From Rubripirellula sp. (lineage in GTDB: Bacteria; Planctomycetota; Planctomycetia; Pirellulales; Pirellulaceae): a DNA stretch of 64,000 nucleotides. The notes beneath the pieces were generated by a model. That model had not been told where the DNA came from and made no database searches. It saw only the letters and a program-made list of their open reading frames with translations. Below are positions 49,012-58,722 of this stretch, one piece after another. A program made the translations under genes and the position numbers. Position 1 is the first letter of the stretch, and every line of letters starts with the position of its first letter. The stretch lies in contig JAAXIK010000289.1 of assembly GCA_012270385.1 (NCBI GenBank), forward strand, positions 17,248 to 81,247. The letters run 5' to 3'.

Positions 49012-50493
49012 ATGAGATACTTCCTTTTTTTATTCGGACTGACCTTCCTGGCCTTAAGACAAGCTTGTATGGCGGATGCTCCACCAAACATCTTACTCAT
49101 TGTCTCAGAGGATAATGGACCGGAACTCGGATGCTATGGTGATACTTCCGCACGGACCCCTCATCTTGATAAGCTTGCCAGTGAAGGCGTTCTTTTTCAA
49201 CGCGCATTCGTTCCACAAGCAGGATGCAGTCAGTCACGGGCGAGTTTTTTAACGGGTCTCTACCCTCACCAACATGGCCAGATTGGATTGGCCACCTGGG
49301 GTTTTAGAATTTACCGTTCGGATATTCCGAATCTACCTAGGAGCCTCAAAGGTGCAGGATACCGAACTGGCTTGATCGGCAAGTTGCACGTCAATCCTGC
49401 GTCCGCGTTTCCGTTTGACTCACATAAAATTGCGAGTGCGAATTTTCAACGATCTCAACTAGAACAATACGCGCGGGAAGCTAAAGACTTTTTTCTTGAC
49501 GGCGATGGGCCTTTTTTCCTCAGTGTGAACTATCCTGACGCACATAAACCCTGGATTAATCGGATTGGTGGTCTGCCCAAAGACCTTCAGACCGAAGACG
49601 ATGTTCAGGTTATGCCCTACATGGGTATTACCTCAGACCGCCTCAGGGAACTGGTAGCAGGTCACTATAACTGCATGAGTCGGCTTGATTCGCTGATTGG
49701 TGATCTATTAATAGCACTGGATGAGTCTGGAAAGATGAATGACACAATCGTCATTTATATTGGTGATCACGGCGCTGACATGCTTCGAGGCAAACGCACC
49801 TGCTATGAAGGTGGGCTTCGCATTCCCATGTTGATTCGATGGCCGGGTCATATCGTCCCGCAGATTCGAAGCGAACTCGTGTCAACCATCGACCTCATGC
49901 CCACCCTACTCAAAGTGGCAAAAGCTGGTGCGGTGAGTGGTCTGGAAGGTAAAGATTTAACCCCACTGTTCAAACCGGGACCTGTCGAATGGCGGGACCA
50001 TTATTTTGCGGAATACCACACCCACGCAGCCGCTCCAAACTACTTCCCTCAGAGGAGTGTCCGGAGTGATCGCTTCAAATTAATTGAGAGTCTTCTACCT
50101 GATACTATCCATCCAGACTATGAGATCACCATCGATAAACTTCATGAAACGTATTTTGAACAAACTGGCAAAGAACTTGATCTACGTGATCTGATCGCGA
50201 ATGCGACTCCAATAACAAAAGCTGCTTATCGCCTCATGCGTCAACCGCCTCGCTTGCAGTTATATGATTTAGAGAATGATCCGCACGAATTTCAAAATCT
50301 TGCAAATCAATCTGAGTATGCTGTGATCCAAGAAAAGCTCGAAAAAGAACTCGAGCAGTGGAGAGCCAAAACTAAAGATCCACTTATCGACCCTCTCAAA
50401 TTACAAATGCTCTCGAAGGAGGTGGGGTCAGTTAAGAAAAAATCAGTTGGAAAAAATTTCACGTGGAAATATCCAGAATACCTACTGCAGTAG
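49012..50493 (+). CDS. Sulfatase (S1, N-sulfoglucosamine sulfohydrolase-like) with atypical CSQSR motif
   Basis: PNILLIVSEDNG, CSQSRASFLTG, GKLHV, GDHG, RGKRTCYEGG, YFPQRSVR. Confidence 0.92.
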   Translation: MRYFLFLFGLTFLALRQACMADAPPNILLIVSEDNGPELGCYGDTSARTPHLDKLASEGVLFQRAFVPQAGCSQSRASFLTGLYPHQHGQIGLATWGFRIYRSDIPNLPRSLKGAGYRTGLIGKLHVNPASAFPFDSHKIASANFQRSQLEQYAREAKDFFLDGDGPFFLSVNYPDAHKPWINRIGGLPKDLQTEDDVQVMPYMGITSDRLRELVAGHYNCMSRLDSLIGDLLIALDESGKMNDTIVIYIGDHGADMLRGKRTCYEGGLRIPMLIRWPGHIVPQIRSELVSTIDLMPTLLKVAKAGAVSGLEGKDLTPLFKPGPVEWRDHYFAEYHTHAAAPNYFPQRSVRSDRFKLIESLLPDTIHPDYEITIDKLHETYFEQTGKELDLRDLIANATPITKAAYRLMRQPPRLQLYDLENDPHEFQNLANQSEYAVIQEKLEKELEQWRAKTKDPLIDPLKLQMLSKEVGSVKKKSVGKNFTWKYPEYLLQ

Positions 50494-50745
50494 ATATTTC
50501 ATCAGTCCACTTAAACCTGAGTGATCGCGGTAACTTATTCACTGGGCAAAGTCCGCTTTCCTTGCTCAATGGACAGACATTCAGCTCACGGCTTGGAGCT
50601 GAGCAACTTAGATATTGGCGTTGTCATCAACAGAACACCCAATAAGATATCCCGTTTTACTCCGTGAGCAATTTCTTGTTGTAGATTGTATAATCTCTGA
50701 CGTGGATCAGGACCTAACTACTCATTATCAGAATAGCGACTTCAA

Positions 50746-50955
50746 ATGGCCAAACATTTAAAACTACAAAGTAGTGAATCTGTTGTTGTCTCCGCAGCAG
50801 CACAAATCTATGCAGCATACATTTCAGCGGGCAAAGTGACGGAGGGAAGCGAAGATCAATGGATGACACGCTCGATCAAAGAAGCAATCAAAATTGCCCT
50901 CGCTACTGACGATGCCATCATTAGCGATGATGAAGTGGAAAGCACGCCACTCTGA
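50746..50955 (+). CDS. Small hypothetical protein (69 aa)
   Basis: ATG start, ordered helical sequence (SESVVVSAAAQIYAAYI...SIKEAIKIA), acidic tail; fills an otherwise empty gap on the same strand as its neighbours. Confidence 0.7.
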   Translation: MAKHLKLQSSESVVVSAAAQIYAAYISAGKVTEGSEDQWMTRSIKEAIKIALATDDAIISDDEVESTPL

Positions 50956-50995
50956 TAGTAGCAGTCAGACTCTCGCCTTTTAGAGGATCACAATC

Positions 50996-51550
50996 ATGGA
51001 TACTTTGGTGATCGGTATCTTCGCGCTGATTATTATCGGGGTGATTCTGTACCAAGTTGCTCGATTCTTAAAAGGAAAACTCGAGCTGAAACTCATTAAA
51101 GATTCAGTATCGTCGGGTGACGCATTGAAGGGAGGTGTGACGGTAACGGCGAAGAAACCCATGCGAGGTCAGCTTAGAGTTGCTTTGGTTGCTAGAAAGA
51201 AAAAACGGAAAACCGGAGCAAGCACCAATGACACGACTCAATACAAATGGGGTGAAGTCTACCGCCGTGATGAAGTACTGGTTGGCAAGCGAGAATTCCC
51301 CGCGGGTTTCTCTCAAAACTACACCTTCGAAATCTTAGCACCCACAAGCTCAGAAGCTCGTCAAGGTGGTGCTTCTATCCGAGCAACCGCTGAAGCTTTG
51401 GATGACGGCATGATGAGCTCAGTTCTGAACCTAGCTGCTAGTGCTGCCGATATGATGCAGAGCCGCCTCTACTGGCATATTGAAGCGCGGCTCGAAGTTG
51501 AGGGGGTCGATCTCTACACTAAGCAAAAGGTTTATATCAACCTCAGTTAA
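50996..51550 (+). CDS. Membrane-anchored hypothetical protein (possible arrestin/SpoOM-like beta-sandwich)
   Basis: GAGGA SD upstream; N-terminal TM helix; G-x-V-x-V strand, YTFEI and C-terminal WHIEARLEVEGVDL. Confidence 0.7.
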   Translation: MDTLVIGIFALIIIGVILYQVARFLKGKLELKLIKDSVSSGDALKGGVTVTAKKPMRGQLRVALVARKKKRKTGASTNDTTQYKWGEVYRRDEVLVGKREFPAGFSQNYTFEILAPTSSEARQGGASIRATAEALDDGMMSSVLNLAASAADMMQSRLYWHIEARLEVEGVDLYTKQKVYINLS

Positions 51551-51717
51551 AGCTTGAATAATTACCTGACCACCATGCGGCCCAATGCACTAAGGGCTGG
51601 CAGAGATTTCATGATTAGTAAACCTAAGATACGGTACTCTTTCTAATAGCAGACGGCAACAGAATCTAATGGGGTTGGTCGTCTTTCAAGCTCTGCCCAC
51701 TGACGCCTTGAGATTCC

Positions 51718-52464
51718 ATGTCAAAAATCACCTCTCGGAAAATGCATCGCTGGTTATCGGTGCTGATTGGAATTCAATTGCTCCTCTGGACAGTAAGTGG
51801 ATTAATCTTTAGCTGGAATCCAATCAGCCAAATCCGAGGTGAAGATAATATCAAACAGCCGGTCAAAGTTGATCTCAAGGAATACGAATTAGTCGATATC
51901 CACTCAATACTGGGTCAACCTGATCTCATTCCACCAGAACAATCGGTAATCGGTCTCGAATTAAAATCGATTCTTGGGAGACCTTTTTTTGATCTTAAAC
52001 TCGACGGAAGGTTCAAAAAGCATGTACTGGTGGACGGGATCACCGGGGAAGTTTCGTCCCCAATTTCCCGGGTCGAAGCTGAAGCGATTGCCATCGACGA
52101 CTTCGCACATCCAGCTAAAGTTCTCGAAAGCACTTTTATCGATCAAGTCCAGGACGGACACTCAGAATATCGATCGAAAGAGGTTCCTGTTTGGAAAGTC
52201 CTGCTGGACCACCCATCTCAGACAGCAATCTATGTTTCCGCTCAGCGGGGTGAAGTGGTGGCGAGGAGAAATGCACGCTGGCGCGTTTTCGATTTTTTTT
52301 GGATGCTTCACACCATGGATTACCAAGGTCGGGATAATTTTAATTCACTTCTACTTCAGGTCATGGCAATCTCAGGAGTAGTGAGTGTTCTTTCGGGCTA
52401 TTGGCTATGGATTGGTATGCATCGAAAGAAAATAAAGGAATTCATAAAACAATGGATGCCGTAA
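51718..52464 (+). CDS. PepSY-associated TM / PepSY domain membrane protein
   Basis: RKMHRWLSVLIGIQLLLWTVSG, PepSY-like VDGITGEV and YVSAQRGEV, WRVFDFFWMLH and a C-terminal TM helix. Confidence 0.87.
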   Translation: MSKITSRKMHRWLSVLIGIQLLLWTVSGLIFSWNPISQIRGEDNIKQPVKVDLKEYELVDIHSILGQPDLIPPEQSVIGLELKSILGRPFFDLKLDGRFKKHVLVDGITGEVSSPISRVEAEAIAIDDFAHPAKVLESTFIDQVQDGHSEYRSKEVPVWKVLLDHPSQTAIYVSAQRGEVVARRNARWRVFDFFWMLHTMDYQGRDNFNSLLLQVMAISGVVSVLSGYWLWIGMHRKKIKEFIKQWMP

Positions 52465-52588
52465 ACACTAGAATTCAAGATCGGCGAAATAAAAAAGGTC
52501 GAAAGGACTCGAAACACCGATCACCATGACGACTATGAGTAACCTTAGCCAGACATACCTTCACCACACCTTTCATTTTCAGAATTCC

Positions 52589-53116
52589 ATGAAGCACACT
52601 CTCCTCGTCGCGTTCTTGCTGTGCTGTGTCCAAAATCACTGCCTAGCAGAAGAGCAAATTGCTGCTCCCTCTGATACTCCTCCAGTCCTAGGGACTGCGA
52701 TTGCTGAACCTGACCCTGATTCTGACTACTACTCAGTAGAAGTGACGGTACCGAAAGTCCGCTGGAAAGTGGTGGGTGAAAAACGCCCAAAACTTGAATG
52801 GCCAGAATTGAAGGTCAAAACCGATTTTCATCGCGTTAGTGTCTTGATGACCTATGATCAATCCGAGACACAAAAATTGTCTCAATTAAGTGCTAACGCT
52901 CAAAATCGAGTCGTTGATATCTCGGGCAAACGCCTCAGCAGCGATCAAGTGCTACAACGACTCAAGTCCGAAACCGCGGTGCTTGTCTCAGTCTCCGGTA
53001 ATATGCCTGATCGCTATTACCTTCAGACGACGCGACAGGACACGTTGATTATCATTCTGGGAATTTTATCCGACGCTCCAACACCGGAATTATTGCCCGC
53101 AAAATTAGACCCGTAG
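52589..53116 (+). CDS. Secreted hypothetical protein
   Basis: Signal peptide MKHTLLVAFLLCC...; ordered C-terminal part (ISGKRLS...VLVS...YYLQ..RQDTLIIIL). Start chosen by eye. Confidence 0.65.
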   Translation: MKHTLLVAFLLCCVQNHCLAEEQIAAPSDTPPVLGTAIAEPDPDSDYYSVEVTVPKVRWKVVGEKRPKLEWPELKVKTDFHRVSVLMTYDQSETQKLSQLSANAQNRVVDISGKRLSSDQVLQRLKSETAVLVSVSGNMPDRYYLQTTRQDTLIIILGILSDAPTPELLPAKLDP

Positions 53117-53130
53117 ACGAGTTATCATCA

Positions 53131-55806
53131 TCACCGAGTTGCAAATACTGAACTCTTCGTGATGGCAATGATTAAATCTCGCAGCCCATATCCAGTTTCC
53201 GCCACACGGCTTGCGATTGCGTTTATCTCGCCTTGATCTTGAAAAGTCATGGTGCGCCCAGTGGCATACGACATTAACTTTTCAGTCAGCGCCTGGGTCA
53301 CGCGATCTTTTCGTTGGATCAGCAACTGCTTGAGATCGCCCTCATTGGCAAATGATTCTCCGGAGGGCAGTCTGCCTGATCCGTCTATCAAGATCCCCTT
53401 TTGACCACGCATGGGGTAGGTTTCACGAAAAGCGCCAATCGGATCATAAAACTCCAAGGCAAACCCCACCGGATCAATCCTTGAGTGGCAATCTCTGCAA
53501 GCTTCTACAGTTCGGTGCTTGGCGAGTTGGTCTCGCACACTTGTAGTACCACGTGTATCGGGTTCAATTGCGGGGACGTCTGCTGGTGGTGCGGGCGGTG
53601 GAGTTCCTAAGATTTTCTCTAACACCCAGACGCCTCGTACAATCGGAGAGGTTTCAATCCCATTCGCACTGAGTGTCAATACGCTTCCCTGACCAAGCAA
53701 GCCCCCACGTCGATGCTTCGGCTCCAGTGTCACCTTACGGAACCGCTCACCCTCCACTCCATCAATACCATAGTGTGCTGCGAGCGTATCATTAACAAAG
53801 GTATAATCACTCTGAATCAAATTGAGAATGGAATGATTGGTTTGCAACAGTTCTGAAAAATAGAGTCGTGTTTCCTTCTTAAATAAGTCCTCCAACCGGT
53901 TGCGGTAATAAGCCTCAAATGCTTTGGGATCAGGGGGCATCGATCCAAGAGTGTTGATCCCTAGCCAGGTATCTGTGAAATGCTCGACGAATGCTTCTGA
54001 CCTTTCATCATTAAGCATACGAAGCACGTGAGATTCAATCTGCTCCAAGGTAGTCAGCTTGCCCGATTCCGCAGCATTGATCAATTGTGCATCTGGCATA
54101 CTGCTCCAAAGAAAATAGGATAGCCTTGAAGCCAACTCGTAGGAATTCAGTCTTGAATTCTCTTCATCGTTTCCTTCATCTAGATAAAGAAACCTCGGTG
54201 ATGTCAACATTGCAGCCATGGATAACTTAATGGCTTCACTAATTGAGTCACCAAGTTCTATTCTTTGCTCCGTAAAATCAACATAGTGTTCAATTTCATG
54301 CTCCTCGATGGGTTGTCGAAATGCACGACGAGCGAATTTCTGAAGTGTCTGTTCCGTATCGAGAACGGCCTCCTCTGTAGATCTCCCATACAAGATTTGG
54401 TGACTTTGGGGTGGCCATTGTTCCACATCAGGACCTTCAATCTTCATCTCCCAAATACGAACACGGGGACCTCTGTAAACCTCTGAGAGCAGGGCATTAC
54501 CTTCATTTTTCTTGAGCTGATCAACCAAAGTTTTCGCTTGAGGATCACCTAATGCTGCGGCGTCTAGTTGAGTCTGTGTTGCTCGGATAACCTCCGGATG
54601 ATATCTCTCAGCAACACGTCGTATATTTCCTTTCGAGCTAATCCCATTGGTCCAACTGACGAACGGGATCGCTCCTTTTTCCAGCCATACTCGTTGGGTG
54701 AGTTCTTCGGGTTCGCCGTCGGGGAGATCCCAAACCTTCACTAACCTTCGCTGATCAGCAGCGTTCTTCTCAAGCAATGCTGCCTCGGGTGCAATCCAGA
54801 GAGCAAGCTTCAATTTTTCTTTGGTAAAACGATCAAACTCTTGATGTTGATATCCATGATCGAGCCGATTTGCCGCAGCCGCCTTGAGTGTAATTAAATA
54901 CCAGCCTTCGTTAGGTACTCCCCCATCCCTAGCGAACGATTTCACAAAGTTGGGATGACGTTCACTGGGCTGACCATGACCTATTTCTAGATAATCCTCA
55001 TCCACTATCAGCCGCCAGGTTACGGGCGCCCGCTGATAGGCACTCACTCCGTTGAAGTCGACACCTCGATAGGACCAGCTTTTACTGATTGGCTGATCGA
55101 CACCAAAAAATGTCGCTGTATCGATGGCTGATTTTGCCACCTCAAGGTAACGCTGCAACTGATAGTCTGACAGGATCAGCGCTTCCCCGTTATTGTCGAA
55201 ACCATGCTCCGTTGCATCGACTGGAAAATCCGAGGTCACGTCGAAATACTCACGATTCAATCCGAGCAAGTCTCGCATTGTATTCACGTATTCAAATCGA
55301 TTGAGTCGACGCATTACCGTAGTCTGTGAAGCATTTGCTTGATTTAACTCGACTAATAATTGTGTTAACACTGCCACTACAGTTCGTGTTTCTTCAGCGG
55401 TTGGCTGAACTACAGATCTTTCACGAGGTGGCATATCACCTCGATTGATTGCGTCTAACACTTCTTCGAGCAAGTCGATCGCATCATCCCCCACACTGAT
55501 CCTTGGTGGTATCGAGTCAAATCTCCGATCACCTTTTTGCTGGTTCCCACCATGACAACCATAACAATATTGCTGCAGGTATTTTGTGACTTCTGGATCT
55601 ATCAAATCATTTGAAGCATGGGATTTTGAATTTGTTGTCAGTAAGCTGAACCAAACCATCAAAGTCAGGTTGATGCATTGCCTCCAAAAGATCACTCCAT
55701 GGGATTGATTACCTCTCCGGTGATAGTTGATCATCCCGTGCCGCTGAGCAAAGGAAACGAGGATCGCAACGACAGAGAGATTCAACCACTTGGTTTGCCA
55801 ATTCAT
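53131..55806 (-). CDS. DUF1592-family diheme cytochrome c protein
   Basis: CYGCHG, GDMPP, RRLNRFEYVNTMRDL, YELASRLSYFLWSSMPD, TSPIVRGVWV, CRDCH..IDPVG. Its start overlaps the DUF1552 stop (ATGA). Confidence 0.92.
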   Translation of the reverse strand: MNWQTKWLNLSVVAILVSFAQRHGMINYHRRGNQSHGVIFWRQCINLTLMVWFSLLTTNSKSHASNDLIDPEVTKYLQQYCYGCHGGNQQKGDRRFDSIPPRISVGDDAIDLLEEVLDAINRGDMPPRERSVVQPTAEETRTVVAVLTQLLVELNQANASQTTVMRRLNRFEYVNTMRDLLGLNREYFDVTSDFPVDATEHGFDNNGEALILSDYQLQRYLEVAKSAIDTATFFGVDQPISKSWSYRGVDFNGVSAYQRAPVTWRLIVDEDYLEIGHGQPSERHPNFVKSFARDGGVPNEGWYLITLKAAAANRLDHGYQHQEFDRFTKEKLKLALWIAPEAALLEKNAADQRRLVKVWDLPDGEPEELTQRVWLEKGAIPFVSWTNGISSKGNIRRVAERYHPEVIRATQTQLDAAALGDPQAKTLVDQLKKNEGNALLSEVYRGPRVRIWEMKIEGPDVEQWPPQSHQILYGRSTEEAVLDTEQTLQKFARRAFRQPIEEHEIEHYVDFTEQRIELGDSISEAIKLSMAAMLTSPRFLYLDEGNDEENSRLNSYELASRLSYFLWSSMPDAQLINAAESGKLTTLEQIESHVLRMLNDERSEAFVEHFTDTWLGINTLGSMPPDPKAFEAYYRNRLEDLFKKETRLYFSELLQTNHSILNLIQSDYTFVNDTLAAHYGIDGVEGERFRKVTLEPKHRRGGLLGQGSVLTLSANGIETSPIVRGVWVLEKILGTPPPAPPADVPAIEPDTRGTTSVRDQLAKHRTVEACRDCHSRIDPVGFALEFYDPIGAFRETYPMRGQKGILIDGSGRLPSGESFANEGDLKQLLIQRKDRVTQALTEKLMSYATGRTMTFQDQGEINAIASRVAETGYGLRDLIIAITKSSVFATR

Positions 55807-57089
55807 CCGTTCACCTCGAGACCATCCAAGGTTCCACGAGCCGTACCAAACTGATCGATTTCTGGGTTGAATCGTTTCAGCATGGAGACAAAAAGTCTAC
55901 CTGCTTCCGTGCTAAGATTTCTCGATTCATCTTTAAAATGAGAATGGTGGGCGCCATGCTTAAAACCGCCTCCCGCCAAAATGAGAGGCAAATTTTTATT
56001 TGAGTGAGAGCTCGCGTTTCCCATGCCCGAACCAAATAACACCATGGTATTGTCCAACAAGGAGAGGCCATTCACGTCTTGGCGGCTAGCAAGCTTTTTC
56101 AGAAATCTTGCTAACTGTTCCATATGGAATTGCTCAATGATGGAGAGCTCGGTGATGTATTCGGGCACTTTGCCATGGTGTGTCAATTGATGATATCCGC
56201 GACTGATACTGAAACCGCCAAAGTTAGCACCAATATCAGCGAGTCCGAGCGAAAGAATTCGTGTTGAATCTGTCTCTAACGCTAGTTCCATTAGGTCGTA
56301 GTAAAGGGGAACCCTTTCGATAAACGGTAAACCACCCGCAGCATCAGGCATCTGGTAATCAACACTTGCTTTAGGCTTATCCAGCCATTGATTCGATTTC
56401 GCGATTTTGCGCTCTACCGAACGTACCGTTTCAAAGTATCTATCTAATTTCCTTCGATCCCTCGCACCAACTCTCTTTGTGAGCAAATCCGCATCATTTT
56501 TTACAAGATCCAAAATACTCTTTTGTGCCGCGAGTGCCTGTTGTCGTTGATCACGAAGAGCAGGATCCGTCTTTTGAAACAGTAGACTAAAGATTCTTTG
56601 AGGATCAGAAATGGGTGGAATTGATACTCCGGATGCACTCCAAGAAAGCATGTTATTTGGATCATTACCGGAAGCAAACTGAAGCGATGCAAAACGATTT
56701 TTCGAACCGACTACCTGTGCTGCTTTCTGATCGACGCTTATGTTTGCCTCCGGCATCCCTGCTGAATTCTTGGAAAGCACTCCCGACAGAAAAGCATGAA
56801 CACCGCCGTGCCCACCCTGTGCATTGACACCATGATCTAGTCCGGAGAAAACGGAAAATTTATCGCGTACTCCAGCCAACGGTTTGAGTCGGTCAGTCAG
56901 TTCGTAGTTCTCTCCAGTTTGCTTTGGAAAAAATAGTTGAGGAACTAACCCAAAATTCAGACCCACGCATACCATGCGCATCGGGTCTTCCGAATCAGAC
57001 GTCTCTGCCATGAGATCTAGACAGGGTAGGGCCATTAAAGCTCCACCACAGCCACGAAGCGTAGTCCTTCGATTCAGATTCATACTCAC
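55803..57089 (-). CDS. DUF1552 family protein (Tat-exported)
   Basis: LNRRTTLRG..LPCLDLM, GGHGG, ISVDQ, DSTRI, YHQLTHHG, GMGNASSHSNKNLP. Confidence 0.92.
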   Translation of the reverse strand: MSMNLNRRTTLRGCGGALMALPCLDLMAETSDSEDPMRMVCVGLNFGLVPQLFFPKQTGENYELTDRLKPLAGVRDKFSVFSGLDHGVNAQGGHGGVHAFLSGVLSKNSAGMPEANISVDQKAAQVVGSKNRFASLQFASGNDPNNMLSWSASGVSIPPISDPQRIFSLLFQKTDPALRDQRQQALAAQKSILDLVKNDADLLTKRVGARDRRKLDRYFETVRSVERKIAKSNQWLDKPKASVDYQMPDAAGGLPFIERVPLYYDLMELALETDSTRILSLGLADIGANFGGFSISRGYHQLTHHGKVPEYITELSIIEQFHMEQLARFLKKLASRQDVNGLSLLDNTMVLFGSGMGNASSHSNKNLPLILAGGGFKHGAHHSHFKDESRNLSTEAGRLFVSMLKRFNPEIDQFGTARGTLDGLEVNG

Positions 57090-57118
57090 GACCCTTTCTC
57101 TTCTGCCAACCTGCCTGA

Positions 57119-58690
57119 TTAAAATTCAGTCTCTTGCATTTTTGTCAAACATTCTGCGCGGTTCTGTTTGAAACGAGCCAGATCCAGTTCCAGTTTCTGG
57201 TCGGCTTGATTGATGAGTTTCTGGTCACCTTTTGCTCGCTCAATCCTCTGTTGATGAACTTTACGTGCATTGACTTCAAAACGATCAAGCTCTGAGAATC
57301 TCGCCTGATAGACCTCATCAAGGTTTTCCGCATCGATTGCCTCTAGATAACTCGACATCGCGGCCTTTAATTGCAGAGCAACGATGGGACGCTCATCGAT
57401 GATGTTTTTGCTCTCCCCATAATCGACCGAAACATCAAACAGCTTTTGCTCTCCTGTCCTCAGATGCTCCATTAGTTTGTAGTCGCCCAACCTGATCACG
57501 GTCAGTGGAGCTGCAAAATAACAGGGATAATGAAAAACAAATCCCTCACCGGAACGACTGACCGATCCCACATCACCATTTTCAAAGAGATTGGTCAGAC
57601 TGCCACCATCCAAAGAACTGGGTAGCTCAGTTTGACTTTTACTCAATTCATGAATCGTAGGAAGCAGATCCCACTGCGCGATAGGCAGATCGCACTGAAC
57701 ACCAGACTGAACACCAGGACCTGCCACAACAAATGGAACACGCAATCCACCCTCATACAGTGTCGCCTTTCCACCCCTCAATGGACCATTGGGTGTCAGC
57801 CCACCTCCATTATCTGAAGTGAAAATGATGATCGTGTTATCAAGTTGTTTTCTTTGTTGCAGAACCTCGACTATCGCCCCAAGACCTTCATCCACTTGCT
57901 CAACCATCGCAGCGTACTGCAATCGCCACGAACTGATCTTCTTCCCTTTTGGTATCTCATTGACTGGTAGGTAGTCATCGTCTTTGCAGTGTTTTCCTCT
58001 TGGCAGCTTACGATACTTCTCGATCAAATCATCTCTTGCCGCGTGAGGAACATGCACGGCGTAGTGTGAAACCATCATGAAAAAAGGTTGTACCCCAGCA
58101 TACTTGGAAACGAAGTCAACCGTACTCCGCTGCAACGTTGCCATTCTTTTTGGATCCTCGGGTGGCAGGGGTATTCGATTAGCCAAGCTAACGAACTCTC
58201 CGTGGAAGTTACCATTGTCGGCATTCCCATCAATCTCATCGGTTATATCGTAACCAATGGTTTTCATCTGCTCACCGCTCATTCCCTTACCAAAATGGGC
58301 GGTGATATATTCTCCGTCCGAACTTTTCACCACATCAGCTAGGGAAATTTCATCTTGCCATTTCAGATTTCTCTCCAACGCAAGAACATCATGAACGAAG
58401 GTGTATTTCAAACGTCCGGGCGTTTTCCCAAATTGAATACTCTTTCTTGAAGGAGTGCATGTGGGCGCTGGCGCGTAGGCGCAGGAGAACTTCATTCCTC
58501 GATTGGCTAGTTTTTCTAAATGAGGAGTTTGATGAAAATCACTTGCAGAATCGGAATCGGTGTCCATCATGCGCACGGATGTGTCAGCCCATCCAAGATC
58601 ATCCACATAGAATAGGACTATATTTGGATACTGTTCGGCATATCCAGCTGCCGCAATACCCATGGTCAACAATGCAAAAATCAATCGCAT
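57119..58690 (-). CDS. Sulfatase (S1, Cys-type) with divergent active-site surroundings and C-terminal coiled-coil extension
   Basis: PNIVLFYVDDLGW, CTPSRKSIQFG, HYAVHVP, TSDNGG, YEGGLRVP; helical tail ...RFSELDRFE...ELDLARFKQ. Confidence 0.9.
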   Translation of the reverse strand: MRLIFALLTMGIAAAGYAEQYPNIVLFYVDDLGWADTSVRMMDTDSDSASDFHQTPHLEKLANRGMKFSCAYAPAPTCTPSRKSIQFGKTPGRLKYTFVHDVLALERNLKWQDEISLADVVKSSDGEYITAHFGKGMSGEQMKTIGYDITDEIDGNADNGNFHGEFVSLANRIPLPPEDPKRMATLQRSTVDFVSKYAGVQPFFMMVSHYAVHVPHAARDDLIEKYRKLPRGKHCKDDDYLPVNEIPKGKKISSWRLQYAAMVEQVDEGLGAIVEVLQQRKQLDNTIIIFTSDNGGGLTPNGPLRGGKATLYEGGLRVPFVVAGPGVQSGVQCDLPIAQWDLLPTIHELSKSQTELPSSLDGGSLTNLFENGDVGSVSRSGEGFVFHYPCYFAAPLTVIRLGDYKLMEHLRTGEQKLFDVSVDYGESKNIIDERPIVALQLKAAMSSYLEAIDAENLDEVYQARFSELDRFEVNARKVHQQRIERAKGDQKLINQADQKLELDLARFKQNRAECLTKMQETEF

Positions 58691-58722
58691 AATCAAACTC
58701 TTTAAATCAGGAATCAGTAAGC

